Source of the DNA: an uncultured Lentimicrobiaceae bacterium
Lineage (GTDB): Bacteria; Bacteroidota; Bacteroidia; Bacteroidales; F082
Direction of reading: 5' to 3'
Length of the DNA: 64,000 bases
Assembly (NCBI GenBank): GCA_964456625.1
Contig: CAYWBO010000003.1
Span: forward strand, 8,892-72,891
The number at the start of each line of letters is the position of its first letter. Within the stretch, counting starts at the first letter, position 1. The position numbers and the translations under genes were made by a program. The notes under the pieces were generated by a model. The model was not told the origin of the DNA and searched no databases. It was given only the letters and a program-made list of their open reading frames with translations. This document shows, piece by piece, positions 20,519-29,377 of the stretch.

Positions 20519-21241
20519 TTAAAAACTTTTGATTTCAACACCACCCAGGATGATCATTCCTTTGATGATCAATACCTTTCCGTCGGCATTGCTCAGCGTT
20601 CTTCTCCTTTTATCGGTGAACCCGCCAAAGAGGGTCACGGCTTCCGAATGAACGTTCCATCCTTCGGGTATGATAAATTTCGTGCCGCCGAACAAGGCAA
20701 AAACGTCAATGATGGCTGTGTCAGATTCCATTTCTACCTGGGTCAGGTCAAACTCGGAACCACCGAAGATGGCGGTGATGTTGCCTCCTTTGAAGTTGGT
20801 AGACTGCACAATCTTTACACTACCTCCGAAGAATGATAAGTGATCCAGGTAACCGGTTACTTTCTCGTCGGGGTTTTCTGTGTTGTGCCGTCCTTTCCAC
20901 CCGGTGTTATGCTGACGGGTGATCAGCAGATAACCTAATCCGATCAGGATCAATGGCCAGAATACATCGCCCAGACGGACACTTTGCCCAAGGAGTGAAG
21001 GGAACCAAAATAAGATTCCCAATCCGATGAGTACGTAAGCTGTGTTCTTGTTCGGACGGGTTGCCAGGAAATAGATGCCTAAATAGATAAGAAAGCTCTT
21101 CCAGTTAAAGATGTAGTAGGATAAGTTTATGTTGATAAAGTCAAAATTTCCCAGCATGATGATCGCCCCTGCTAAAACCAGCAGACCTCCGAAAACGTAT
21201 CTCCCGTTCGATGTGCGAGGATATTTTTTGTTACTTTCCAT
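20519..21241 (-). CDS. LiaF-like / cell-wall-active-antibiotic response protein
   Basis: 240 aa with N-terminal TM helices and a C-terminal domain carrying repeated FGG motifs (IFGGSEF, LFGGTKF, LFGGFTD). Confidence 0.65.
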   Translation of the reverse strand: MESNKKYPRTSNGRYVFGGLLVLAGAIIMLGNFDFININLSYYIFNWKSFLIYLGIYFLATRPNKNTAYVLIGLGILFWFPSLLGQSVRLGDVFWPLILIGLGYLLITRQHNTGWKGRHNTENPDEKVTGYLDHLSFFGGSVKIVQSTNFKGGNITAIFGGSEFDLTQVEMESDTAIIDVFALFGGTKFIIPEGWNVHSEAVTLFGGFTDKRRRTLSNADGKVLIIKGMIILGGVEIKSF

Positions 21242-21462
21242 GGTAATGATTTTTATATTGCAAATATAGAATGTTGTGACGGTCAGGTAAAATAAAATTC
21301 GGCGAACGGGGGAAGGTGGTCGGTAAACGGCGAAAAACTATTTTTTGCTTCATATAACGCAATGTATTTCAATGAATTTATCGAAATTAAGAAAATTGCT
21401 GATCTGAGCATCAGAATAATGCCTTATTTTTGGAAGAACGAAATCCAAAAAGTGTTGAATAT

Positions 21463-22158
21463 ATGAAAAAACCGGGCTTGATCGGAGGGGTGACATGGAC
21501 CTCTACCATCGACTATTACAGACTGATAAATGAATTGTCTAACAAGGCGTTGGGATCACATGATACATTGGAGGTTTTGCTTTATTCCATGAATTTTGAA
21601 GAGATCCTGCAGATGATGACACATCAGCAATGGGCCGAAATAGAAACCTTGTTTACTGTGAAAGCGAAAGCTTTGAGAAATGCCGGAGCTGATTTTTTTG
21701 CCATCTGTTCCAACACATTGGCGAAAGTGGGCCATCCTGTTTCAGAAGCAAGCGGGTTGCCCATTCTGGATATGGTAGCTTCGGTGGCGGACGCCATCCG
21801 GAAGAAAGGTTTCGAAAAAGTGGCTTTCTTAGGGACTTCATTTGCCATGAATGATTCTTATTATAGTGATGATCTGAATTCTTTTGGTATTGAAGCATTT
21901 ATTCCGGAACCGGAACAGCGAGAAGTGATCAACAGGATCATCATGGAAGAACTGGCTTATGACCTGCTGAAACCGGAGAGCCGGAAAACGATTTTGAATA
22001 TTATGAATCGGATGCGGCGGGATTATAACATTGAAGGTGTCATCCTGGGCTGTACGGAACTGCCCATGCTCATCAAGCAAGCCGATATGGACATTCCGGT
22101 TTTTGATACGGCGGCCATTCATGCAAAAGCCATTGTTGACTTTGCGTTAAAATCCTAA
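21463..22158 (+). CDS. Aspartate/glutamate racemase-family protein
   Basis: The two catalytic Cys contexts are present (ICSNT and GCTELP). The start is moved to the ATG at 21463 (MKKPGLIGG) from the TTG at 21430. Confidence 0.85.
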   Translation: MKKPGLIGGVTWTSTIDYYRLINELSNKALGSHDTLEVLLYSMNFEEILQMMTHQQWAEIETLFTVKAKALRNAGADFFAICSNTLAKVGHPVSEASGLPILDMVASVADAIRKKGFEKVAFLGTSFAMNDSYYSDDLNSFGIEAFIPEPEQREVINRIIMEELAYDLLKPESRKTILNIMNRMRRDYNIEGVILGCTELPMLIKQADMDIPVFDTAAIHAKAIVDFALKS

Positions 22159-22171
22159 AGAGTTTTTAATA

Positions 22172-22208
22172 AAAGAAAAGGCCCTGCCGATATCGGCAGG
22201 GCCTTTTA
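22172..22208. terminator. Bidirectional terminator between the racemase gene and korB
   Basis: Perfect 11-bp stem ggccctgccga/tcggcagggcc flanked by A-rich and T-rich runs. Confidence 0.75.
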
Positions 22209-22226
22209 TATAGACAATTGTTTTAA

Positions 22227-23270
22227 TTATTGAATTTCCCAGGTGTTTCCGCTGTTGAGTAGATCGTCCACCGATTTGTAAGGCGAAACTTCCTTTTCGT
22301 GTTCCACGGAATTCCAAACGGCATCTTCCAGTGTTTCGGAAGTTACCGAACGGATCACCCCCAGTGCAATCGGATAATCAGGCAGGGACATGCTGGCCAG
22401 CATCATGTGAATTCCTGCATCTTCCGTCGTGGGATCGTGAACCAGAATATCGTCCAACGTGATTCCGTCTTCTCCTACTGTGACAACTTTCAATTGTGTT
22501 CCTTCCAGGATCAACCCTTTTTCTTTGTTCTTTCCAAAGAGCATCGGCTTCCCTGCTTCCAGGATTAGCTGGCTGTCGTATTTGGTCTCTTTCCCCGAAA
22601 TCAGTTCGTGGGCTTTGTTGTTGAAAATCACACAGTTTTGCAAGATTTCAACAATGGAAGTTCCATGATGCAACCCTGCTTCCAGGAACACCTGCTGCAT
22701 CAATTTCATATCGGTATCGATGGCTCGGGCGAAAAATTTACCACGGGCGCCGATGACCAGTTCGCCAGGATTGAAAGGTGTTTCAAAAGATCCCTGCGGG
22801 GAAGTTTTCGTTTTTTTCCCTTTCGGTGTGGTGGGCGAATACTGGCCTTTGGTAAGGCCGTAGATTTGGTTGTTGAACATTAAATAGTTAATGTCGGGGT
22901 TTCTGCGGGCAATATGAATGAAATGGTTTCCGCCAATCGCCATCGAGTCACCGTCACCGCTGATCATCCAGACACAGAGTTTCGGATTGGTAAGTTTGAT
23001 ACCCATGGCCAGTGCTGCAGCGCGCCCGTGGATGCCATGAATTCCGTAAGTATTCATGTAATAAGGAAAACGCGAAGAGCATCCGATACCGGAAACCACC
23101 ACAAAATCTTCTTTTTTATAACCCATTTTTTCTCCTACCAAAGGGAAAACATTTTCCACTGATTTCAGGATGGCATGGTCCCCACAACCCGGACACCATT
23201 TTACCATCTGGTCGCTTTCGAAATCAACTTTGGTAAGTTCTATTTCCTGAAGTTCTATTTTTTGATCCAT
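22227..23270 (-). CDS. korB: 2-oxoglutarate:ferredoxin oxidoreductase, beta (TPP-binding) subunit
   Basis: 347 aa with the WCPGCGDH N-terminal motif and the GDGD TPP-binding motif. It lies directly downstream of the alpha subunit. Confidence 0.88.
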   Translation of the reverse strand: MDQKIELQEIELTKVDFESDQMVKWCPGCGDHAILKSVENVFPLVGEKMGYKKEDFVVVSGIGCSSRFPYYMNTYGIHGIHGRAAALAMGIKLTNPKLCVWMISGDGDSMAIGGNHFIHIARRNPDINYLMFNNQIYGLTKGQYSPTTPKGKKTKTSPQGSFETPFNPGELVIGARGKFFARAIDTDMKLMQQVFLEAGLHHGTSIVEILQNCVIFNNKAHELISGKETKYDSQLILEAGKPMLFGKNKEKGLILEGTQLKVVTVGEDGITLDDILVHDPTTEDAGIHMMLASMSLPDYPIALGVIRSVTSETLEDAVWNSVEHEKEVSPYKSVDDLLNSGNTWEIQ

Positions 23271-23274
23271 GATC

Positions 23275-25122
23275 TTATTCGTTTAAAAGGGTGTCGAATT
23301 TTGTTTTCAGTTCAGACACCATAAAAGGCAGCCCTTGTACCTTATTATACTGTTGATATCTGAAATCAGGATGAGTCATCCGCAAATAGTTTGCAAACTG
23401 ACCCATGTTGATTTCACAGACAATGATCTTTTTGAATTTTGAAAATACATCATCCACATTTTTGGGCAATGGCATGATGTGTTTAAAATGAGCCAGGCTG
23501 ATGGATTTGCCTTCTTCGCGGAGCTCTTCCACAGCGGTGCGCAAAACGCCGAGAGTGCCGCCCCATCCCACAACCAGAACATCACCTTCCGGATCACCTT
23601 CTACTTCCAGGTTGGGAATATAATTTGCAACACGCATCACCTTTTCCTGGCGAAGGTCTGTCATTCTCTGGTGGTTTACAGGATCGTGAGAAACATTACC
23701 TGTAATATCTTCTTTTTCAAGACCTCCCAGGCGATGTCTTAATCCGGGGGTTCCGGCAATAGCCCACTGACGATTCAGCTTTTCAGGATCTCTTTTGTAA
23801 GGTTCGTAATCCGGATCGTTGGCTTTCGCGATGGGAGGATTAATGTCCGGAAGATCGGCAACTTTCGGAATCTTGAAAACTTCCGAGCCGTTTCCGATGG
23901 ATCCGTCCGTCAGCAAAATAACCGGTGTCATGTGTTCCATAGCCAGCTTGGCAGATTCATAGGCCGAATAGAAAGCATCAACAGCGCTGGAAGCAGCAAT
24001 TACGATCACGGGGGCCTCCCCGTTTCTTCCATATAAGGCCTGCATCAGGTCCGATTGTTCCGATTTGGTGGGAAGCCCGGTGGACGGGCCGCCACGCTGA
24101 ACATCCACAATCACCATGGGCAATTCGGTCATCACGGCCAGTCCGATGGCTTCACTTTTCAGTGAAAGTCCCGGGCCGGAAGTGGTGGTCACCGCCAAAG
24201 CACCGGCAAAACTACCTCCGATGGTGGAAACAACCCCTGCAATTTCATCTTCGGCCTGTTGTGTGATGCAGGTAAACTGTTTGTGTTTTGACAGTTCCTG
24301 AAGGATGTCCGTGGCTGGTGTAATAGGATAAGAACCTAAATAAATATTTCTTCCCGAACGTTCTGCAGCGGCCAGAAAACCCCAGGCGGTGGCCAGGTTT
24401 CCGGTGACATTGCGGTAACGTCCTTTTTCAAGATTTGCTTTTTCAATGCGGAAAGTATTGGTGAATGCTTCCAGGGTTTCAGCATAATTATACCCTGCAG
24501 CCAGTACTTTCTTGTTGGCTTCAACAACGAGCGGATTCTTTTTGAATTTGGTTTCAAAATAGCGATAGGTCTTCGTGTAATCCCTGTTAAACAGATAAAA
24601 GATCACACCGAGGGCAAACATATTTTTGGACTTCAGTGCGGATTTATTATCCAAATCAAGATCTTTTACGGTCTCGCGTGTCATTTCCGTCAGCGGGGCT
24701 CTGATGACCTGGTGATCGATCAGTGAATCGTCTTCCAGTGGATTCGAGGTCCAGCCGGCTTTGTCCAGGTTTTTATCTGTAAAGGAATCACTGTCAACAA
24801 TGATGATGGCATCATCCTTAATCCATTTCAAATTTGCTTTCAAAGAGGCGGGGTTCATGGCGACCAGGACGTCTGCTAAATCACCTGTAGTATGAACACT
24901 TTTGTGCCCGAAATGGATCTGAAAACCTGATACCCCCGAGATGGTACCCTGAGGTGCCCGAATCTCGGACGGAAAATCAGGAAAAGTTGCAAAATCGTTT
25001 CCTGCAAAGGCGGTTGAATCTGAGAAAAGGCTCCCGGTTAACTGCATCCCATCCCCGGAATCACCAGCAAATCGAACAACAGCAGACTCCAGTTCAACCA
25101 CTTTTTCTTTTTTCGTTGTCAT
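23275..25122 (-). CDS. korA: 2-oxoglutarate:ferredoxin oxidoreductase, alpha subunit
   Basis: 615 aa with fused gamma-like and alpha domains, typical of two-subunit 2-oxoacid:ferredoxin oxidoreductases. Confidence 0.88.
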   Translation of the reverse strand: MTTKKEKVVELESAVVRFAGDSGDGMQLTGSLFSDSTAFAGNDFATFPDFPSEIRAPQGTISGVSGFQIHFGHKSVHTTGDLADVLVAMNPASLKANLKWIKDDAIIIVDSDSFTDKNLDKAGWTSNPLEDDSLIDHQVIRAPLTEMTRETVKDLDLDNKSALKSKNMFALGVIFYLFNRDYTKTYRYFETKFKKNPLVVEANKKVLAAGYNYAETLEAFTNTFRIEKANLEKGRYRNVTGNLATAWGFLAAAERSGRNIYLGSYPITPATDILQELSKHKQFTCITQQAEDEIAGVVSTIGGSFAGALAVTTTSGPGLSLKSEAIGLAVMTELPMVIVDVQRGGPSTGLPTKSEQSDLMQALYGRNGEAPVIVIAASSAVDAFYSAYESAKLAMEHMTPVILLTDGSIGNGSEVFKIPKVADLPDINPPIAKANDPDYEPYKRDPEKLNRQWAIAGTPGLRHRLGGLEKEDITGNVSHDPVNHQRMTDLRQEKVMRVANYIPNLEVEGDPEGDVLVVGWGGTLGVLRTAVEELREEGKSISLAHFKHIMPLPKNVDDVFSKFKKIIVCEINMGQFANYLRMTHPDFRYQQYNKVQGLPFMVSELKTKFDTLLNE

Positions 25123-25148
25123 ATAATTTTATTATTAATAAAACACGG

Positions 25149-25156
25149 CAAAATTA
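25149..25156 (-). promoter_or_regulatory. -7 promoter element for korAB (TAATTTTG on the minus strand)
   Basis: CAAAATTA on the plus strand, 27 nt upstream of the korA start. Confidence 0.4.
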
Positions 25157-25421
25157 AGGCAATTATTTTCCTATACGCTAATCCGCATCTTTTTTTTTAA
25201 AACGATTGAAATGGGGCTTTTCGGAAAACAACACGTTTTAAAATATCTATATATCAATATATTAAAAAGAAATTGTTAGCAAATCACAGCCCGTTTTTGC
25301 TAATTAAAACGAGTCTAAATTTGTTTGCTTTATGAGATGTGCCAGTAATTAAGACTGAGTAATAATTAGACCGTCTGTGAATTTTTTATGGCAATCATCT
25401 GTTGCTTTAAAACTTTCATTT

Positions 25422-25429
25422 TATATTTG
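25422..25429 (+). promoter_or_regulatory. -7 promoter element (TATATTTG) for ferredoxin copy 1
   Basis: TAnnTTTG match 31 nt upstream of the ATG at 25460. Confidence 0.5.
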
Positions 25430-25459
25430 TAGTACTTGTAACTTAAAAAATTAACTGCT

Positions 25460-25633
25460 ATGGCCTATAAAATTGAACCAGATTTATGTACAGCTTGTGG
25501 CGCTTGCATTGATGAATGTGCTTTTGACGCCATTTCAGATGAAGGTGATGTTTATGTAATTGATCCTGAAAAATGCACCGACGACGCTGCTTGCGTTGAT
25601 GTTTGCCCTACCGAAGCCATTGTTCCGGAGTAA
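25460..25633 (+). CDS. Small ferredoxin, copy 1 (57 aa; second cluster motif CxxDxxCxxxCP)
   Basis: Hand translation: MAYKIEPDLCTACGACIDECAFDAISDEGDVYVIDPEKCTDDAACVDVCPTEAIVPE. It is not in the ORF track because it is under 60 aa. Confidence 0.85.
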   Translation: MAYKIEPDLCTACGACIDECAFDAISDEGDVYVIDPEKCTDDAACVDVCPTEAIVPE

Positions 25634-25655
25634 CGGGAAGGTGGAAAGAAATTGA

Positions 25656-25684
25656 AACCCGCATGGACACTTGCGGGTTTTTTT
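25656..25684 (+). terminator. Rho-independent terminator of ferredoxin copy 1
   Basis: Stem aacccgca/tgcgggtt followed by a T-run. Confidence 0.75.
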
Positions 25685-25766
25685 ATTCCTGGCCGTTTCC
25701 ATTTTTATAATTATTATAAATTAAGGAGAAATCCCGATCTGTCTTGGCATGAATAGACATTCATCC

Positions 25767-25774
25767 TATATTTG
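25767..25774 (+). promoter_or_regulatory. -7 promoter element (TATATTTG) for ferredoxin copy 2
   Basis: TAnnTTTG match 31 nt upstream of the ATG at 25805. The preceding agacattcatc is shared with copy 3. Confidence 0.5.
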
Positions 25775-25804
25775 CCCGATTTTTAAACTTAAAAGTGAAA
25801 AGCC

Positions 25805-25975
25805 ATGGCTTATAAAATTGATCCTGATGCTTGTACAGCTTGCGGAGCTTGTATTGACGAATGTCCTGTAGAAGCCATTTCTGAAGGTGATGTTTACGTA
25901 ATTGATCCTGAAAAATGTACAGATGATGGTCTTTGCGCAGATGTTTGCCCTACCGAAGCTATCTCGCAGGCTTAA
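25805..25975 (+). CDS. Small ferredoxin, copy 2 (56 aa; second cluster motif CxxDxxCxxxCP)
   Basis: Hand translation: MAYKIDPDACTACGACIDECPVEAISEGDVYVIDPEKCTDDGLCADVCPTEAISQA. Confidence 0.85.
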   Translation: MAYKIDPDACTACGACIDECPVEAISEGDVYVIDPEKCTDDGLCADVCPTEAISQA

Positions 25976-25996
25976 AAAGCATTGAAAGAAAGATTA

Positions 25997-26028
25997 AATC
26001 CCGCTTGTTTTCCTTGCGGGATTTTTTT
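25997..26028 (+). terminator. Rho-independent terminator of ferredoxin copy 2
   Basis: Stem aatcccgc/gcgggatt followed by T7. Confidence 0.75.
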
Positions 26029-26102
26029 GTATCTTAAATTAGTATTTTGGTATTTTTATAAATAAATCGTCTCCGTATCCTCAACCGTAAAGACATTCAT
26101 CA

Positions 26103-26110
26103 TATCTTTG
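26103..26110 (+). promoter_or_regulatory. -7 promoter element (TATCTTTG) for ferredoxin copy 3
   Basis: TAnnTTTG match 34 nt upstream of the ATG at 26144. Confidence 0.5.
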
Positions 26111-26143
26111 CCACGTTTTTAGAAATTTTTAAAACTAATAGCT

Positions 26144-26314
26144 ATGGCATACAAAATAGATCCCGATTTATGTACTGCATGTGGAACATGCATTGACGAA
26201 TGTCCTGTAGAAGCCATTTCTGAAGGTGATGTTTATGTAATTGATCCTGATTTGTGCACAGACTGCGGCGCTTGCGCTGATGTTTGTCCTACAGAAGCCA
26301 TACACCCGGAATAA
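26144..26314 (+). CDS. Small 2x[4Fe-4S] ferredoxin, copy 3 (56 aa; both motifs canonical CxxCxxCxxxCP)
   Basis: Hand translation: MAYKIDPDLCTACGTCIDECPVEAISEGDVYVIDPDLCTDCGACADVCPTEAIHPE. Confidence 0.88.
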   Translation: MAYKIDPDLCTACGTCIDECPVEAISEGDVYVIDPDLCTDCGACADVCPTEAIHPE

Positions 26315-26336
26315 TCTATCCCGGCGAAAGTTTATG

Positions 26337-26367
26337 GATCCCGCATGAATTGATGCGGGATTTTTTT
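26337..26367 (+). terminator. Rho-independent terminator of ferredoxin copy 3
   Basis: Stem gatcccgcat/atgcgggat followed by T7. Confidence 0.75.
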
Positions 26368-26473
26368 GTACTTTCCCTCTTCGTTTCCAGGCGCAGTGTT
26401 GGCGTTGTTTTCTGGTTAAAGATTGCCATCCGTTGCGTTCTTTAAAATAATTCTAAATAACCTAAATAATTAT

Positions 26474-26481
26474 TACTTTTG
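26474..26481 (+). promoter_or_regulatory. -7 promoter element (TACTTTTG) for sucAB
   Basis: TAnnTTTG match 25 nt upstream of the sucA ATG. Confidence 0.45.
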
Positions 26482-26505
26482 TCATGTCATTAGCAAGTAA
26501 GCAGA

Positions 26506-29361
26506 ATGGATAATTACAATTTTTTAAATAGTACGGATCCTGCTGTTATAGAGGAGCTTTACCAGCGATTTAAAGAAAATCCTGAATCTGTAGAAAAAGG
26601 CTGGCGTCAGTTTTTTGAGGGATACGAGTTTGCTCAGAATGCTTATCCGGCCAAAAGATCTGAAAGTTGGGAAACATCAGATGAATTTAAGGTGATCAAT
26701 CTTTTGATGGATTACCGCCGTCGTGGTCATCTTTTTACCAAAACCAATCCGGTTCGAAAAAGGCGAGACTACCGTCCGACACTTGATATTGAAAATTACG
26801 GCCTGCAGCAAAGTGATCTGGATCGTGTTTTTTATGCAGGAAATGAAATTGGTATCGGCCCTGTGAAACTCAGGGATATCGTTAACTTTCTGGAAGAAAC
26901 CTATTGCCGCTCGCTGGGAGTGGAATACATGTTTATCCGTGACACGGAGATCGTTAGCTGGCTGCGGAATTATTTTGAATCCACACGTAACAGACCTCAT
27001 TACACCGTTGAGGAGAAAAAACTGATCCTGAAAAAGCTCAGAAGAGCTGTTTTTCTGGAAAAATTCCTGCAAAAGAAATTTCCCGGACAGAAGCGCTTCT
27101 CGCTCGAAGGTGCCGAAGCCCTGATCCCGGCCCTGGATGCTGTCATGGAAAAAGGGACGGAACTCGGAATAGAAGAATTTATTATTGGCATGTCACACCG
27201 CGGAAGGCTGAACGTACTGGCCAATATTTTGAGAAAGCCTTTCGAAGATATTTTCTCCGAATTCGAAGGTGTGGAATATGAGGACGAAACGTTGCTGGGA
27301 GATGTAAAATATCACCTCGGTTATACCATCCAACGTAAAACCAGCAAAGGCAAACCGGTTCAGTTCACATTATCTCCCAACCCATCACACCTGGAAGCTG
27401 TCGATCCGGTAGTGGAAGGGATTACCCGTGCAAAAATCGGGGAATATAAAAAGGGAGATGTCAATAAAATTGCGCCTATCCTTATCCATGGTGATTCATC
27501 TATGGCCGGGCAGGGTGTCGTTTATGAAGTGATCCAAATGTCTGGTTTAAAAGGATTTTCAACCGGCGGGACCATCCACCTGGTCATCAACAACCAGGTC
27601 GGTTTTACCACCGATTATCTGGATGCACGAAGCAGCACCTATTGTACGGATGTCGCCAAGACGATCCTTTCCCCCGTTTTTCATGTCAACGGTGATGATG
27701 CGGAAGCCGTTGTTTTCACAATTCAGCTTGCCATGGAATTCAGGAACCGTTTCCATAACGATGTTTTCATCGACATTCTCTGTTATCGCCGATACGGTCA
27801 TAATGAAGGTGATGAACCACGGTTTACGCAGCCCATGCTTTACAAAGCCATCGAAAAACATCCTGATGCGTACAGCATTTACAAGAAGGAACTTTTGGAT
27901 CAGGGCGTGATCACTAAGGAAGAATGTGCCGGTGATGAAGATCATTTCAATGAGAAGCTGGAAGTCAACTATGAAAAATCGAAGACCCATCAGAAGGCCA
28001 ACATCAACAGCTTCCTTCAGGATATCTGGAAAGATATTCCCAGGGCTTCGGATAAGGATTTTGTTTCTTCGCCGGATACTTCAATTTCAAAGGAAATGTT
28101 GCTGAAAATCACGGAAGGAGTGACCCGTCTTCCTGAGCATAAGAATTTTTTCAGAAAAAGCATCCGCCTGCAGCAAAGCAGGAAGGATATGGTTCTGAAA
28201 GATAATATGCTTGACTGGGGTATGGGCGAAATGTTGGCATACGGAAGTCTTGTATTGGAAAAAACACCGGTGCGCATCAGCGGGCAGGATGTGGAAAGAG
28301 GCACGTTTTCGCATCGCCATGCCGTGTTGAGTATCGAAGACTCCAATGAAAAATATGTGCCGTTGAATCATCTGGATAAAGATCAGGCACTTTTTGAAAT
28401 TTATAATTCGTCACTTTCGGAATATGGTGTCCTCGGGTTTGAATATGGTTATTCTCTGGCTGCGCCCCATTCGTTGGTGATCTGGGAAGCCCAGTTCGGC
28501 GATTTCGCCAACACAGCCCAGGTGGTCTTTGACCAGTTCCTCAGCAGTGCTGAAGAAAAATGGAATACCATGGACGGACTGGTGGTTCTTTTGCCTCATG
28601 GTTTTGAAGGGCAGGGAGCAGAGCACTCCAGTGCACGCCTGGAACGTTTCCTGATCCTGGCAGCGGAAAACAATATGCAGATCGCCAATTGTACCACTCC
28701 GGCTAACTTCTTCCATTTATTGAGAAGGCAGATACGGCGTCCGTTCCGGAAACCGTTGGTTGTCTTCACGCCCAAGAGCTTGTTGCGTCACCCCAAAGCC
28801 GTTTCACCTGTGGAAAGCTTTACCAAAGGCGGTTTTCAGGAAGTGATAGATGATGCGGAAGCCAGCCCGGAAAAAGTGACACGGGTTGTCCTGTGTTCCG
28901 GAAAGGTTTACTATGATTTGCTGGCTGAAAAGGAAAAGATCCAAAATGATTCTGTGGCATTGATCCGGATTGAGCAGTTGTATCCATTCCCTGCTGCTGC
29001 CATTGACACCATTACCAAGAAGTACAAGAAAGCCAAGGATATTGTCTGGACACAGGAAGAGCCTGCCAATATGGGGGCCTGGCAGTTTATTAAAAAAGAA
29101 ATGGGTGATGAATTTAAACTGAAGTTGATAGCCCGTCCGGCCAGTGGAAGCCCGGCTACCGGTTCGTCGAAATTCCATGCCCTCAGTCAGCAAAAAATTG
29201 TGGACAAAGCTTTTTTGGAATGTGATTGCCCGTTCCTTCAGAAGGATTGTGAGATGGTATGTATCGGAAACCGGTGGCAGTCGTTCGAAAAAGAGTTGCA
29301 TGAGCTGCATGTGGACCATGTGGACAGTACATTCCATACCATGAAAAAACCCTTGAAATAA
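26506..29361 (+). CDS. sucA: 2-oxoglutarate dehydrogenase E1 component
   Basis: 951 aa with a typical N-terminus (FLNS...YQRFKENPESVEKGWRQFF), a TPP-binding region and GEGDFANTAQV-like motifs. It carries an unusual Cys-rich C-terminal tail (see findings). Confidence 0.92.
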   Translation: MDNYNFLNSTDPAVIEELYQRFKENPESVEKGWRQFFEGYEFAQNAYPAKRSESWETSDEFKVINLLMDYRRRGHLFTKTNPVRKRRDYRPTLDIENYGLQQSDLDRVFYAGNEIGIGPVKLRDIVNFLEETYCRSLGVEYMFIRDTEIVSWLRNYFESTRNRPHYTVEEKKLILKKLRRAVFLEKFLQKKFPGQKRFSLEGAEALIPALDAVMEKGTELGIEEFIIGMSHRGRLNVLANILRKPFEDIFSEFEGVEYEDETLLGDVKYHLGYTIQRKTSKGKPVQFTLSPNPSHLEAVDPVVEGITRAKIGEYKKGDVNKIAPILIHGDSSMAGQGVVYEVIQMSGLKGFSTGGTIHLVINNQVGFTTDYLDARSSTYCTDVAKTILSPVFHVNGDDAEAVVFTIQLAMEFRNRFHNDVFIDILCYRRYGHNEGDEPRFTQPMLYKAIEKHPDAYSIYKKELLDQGVITKEECAGDEDHFNEKLEVNYEKSKTHQKANINSFLQDIWKDIPRASDKDFVSSPDTSISKEMLLKITEGVTRLPEHKNFFRKSIRLQQSRKDMVLKDNMLDWGMGEMLAYGSLVLEKTPVRISGQDVERGTFSHRHAVLSIEDSNEKYVPLNHLDKDQALFEIYNSSLSEYGVLGFEYGYSLAAPHSLVIWEAQFGDFANTAQVVFDQFLSSAEEKWNTMDGLVVLLPHGFEGQGAEHSSARLERFLILAAENNMQIANCTTPANFFHLLRRQIRRPFRKPLVVFTPKSLLRHPKAVSPVESFTKGGFQEVIDDAEASPEKVTRVVLCSGKVYYDLLAEKEKIQNDSVALIRIEQLYPFPAAAIDTITKKYKKAKDIVWTQEEPANMGAWQFIKKEMGDEFKLKLIARPASGSPATGSSKFHALSQQKIVDKAFLECDCPFLQKDCEMVCIGNRWQSFEKELHELHVDHVDSTFHTMKKPLK

Positions 29362-29377
29362 TTAAAGAATTCTCATC

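Noticed and set aside
25380-26370. Regular ~340-bp periodicity considered as a CRISPR-like or satellite array
   Set aside because: The period is far too long. Each unit is a complete promoter-CDS-terminator ferredoxin gene, and there is no short direct repeat/spacer structure. No CRISPR array was seen anywhere in the window.
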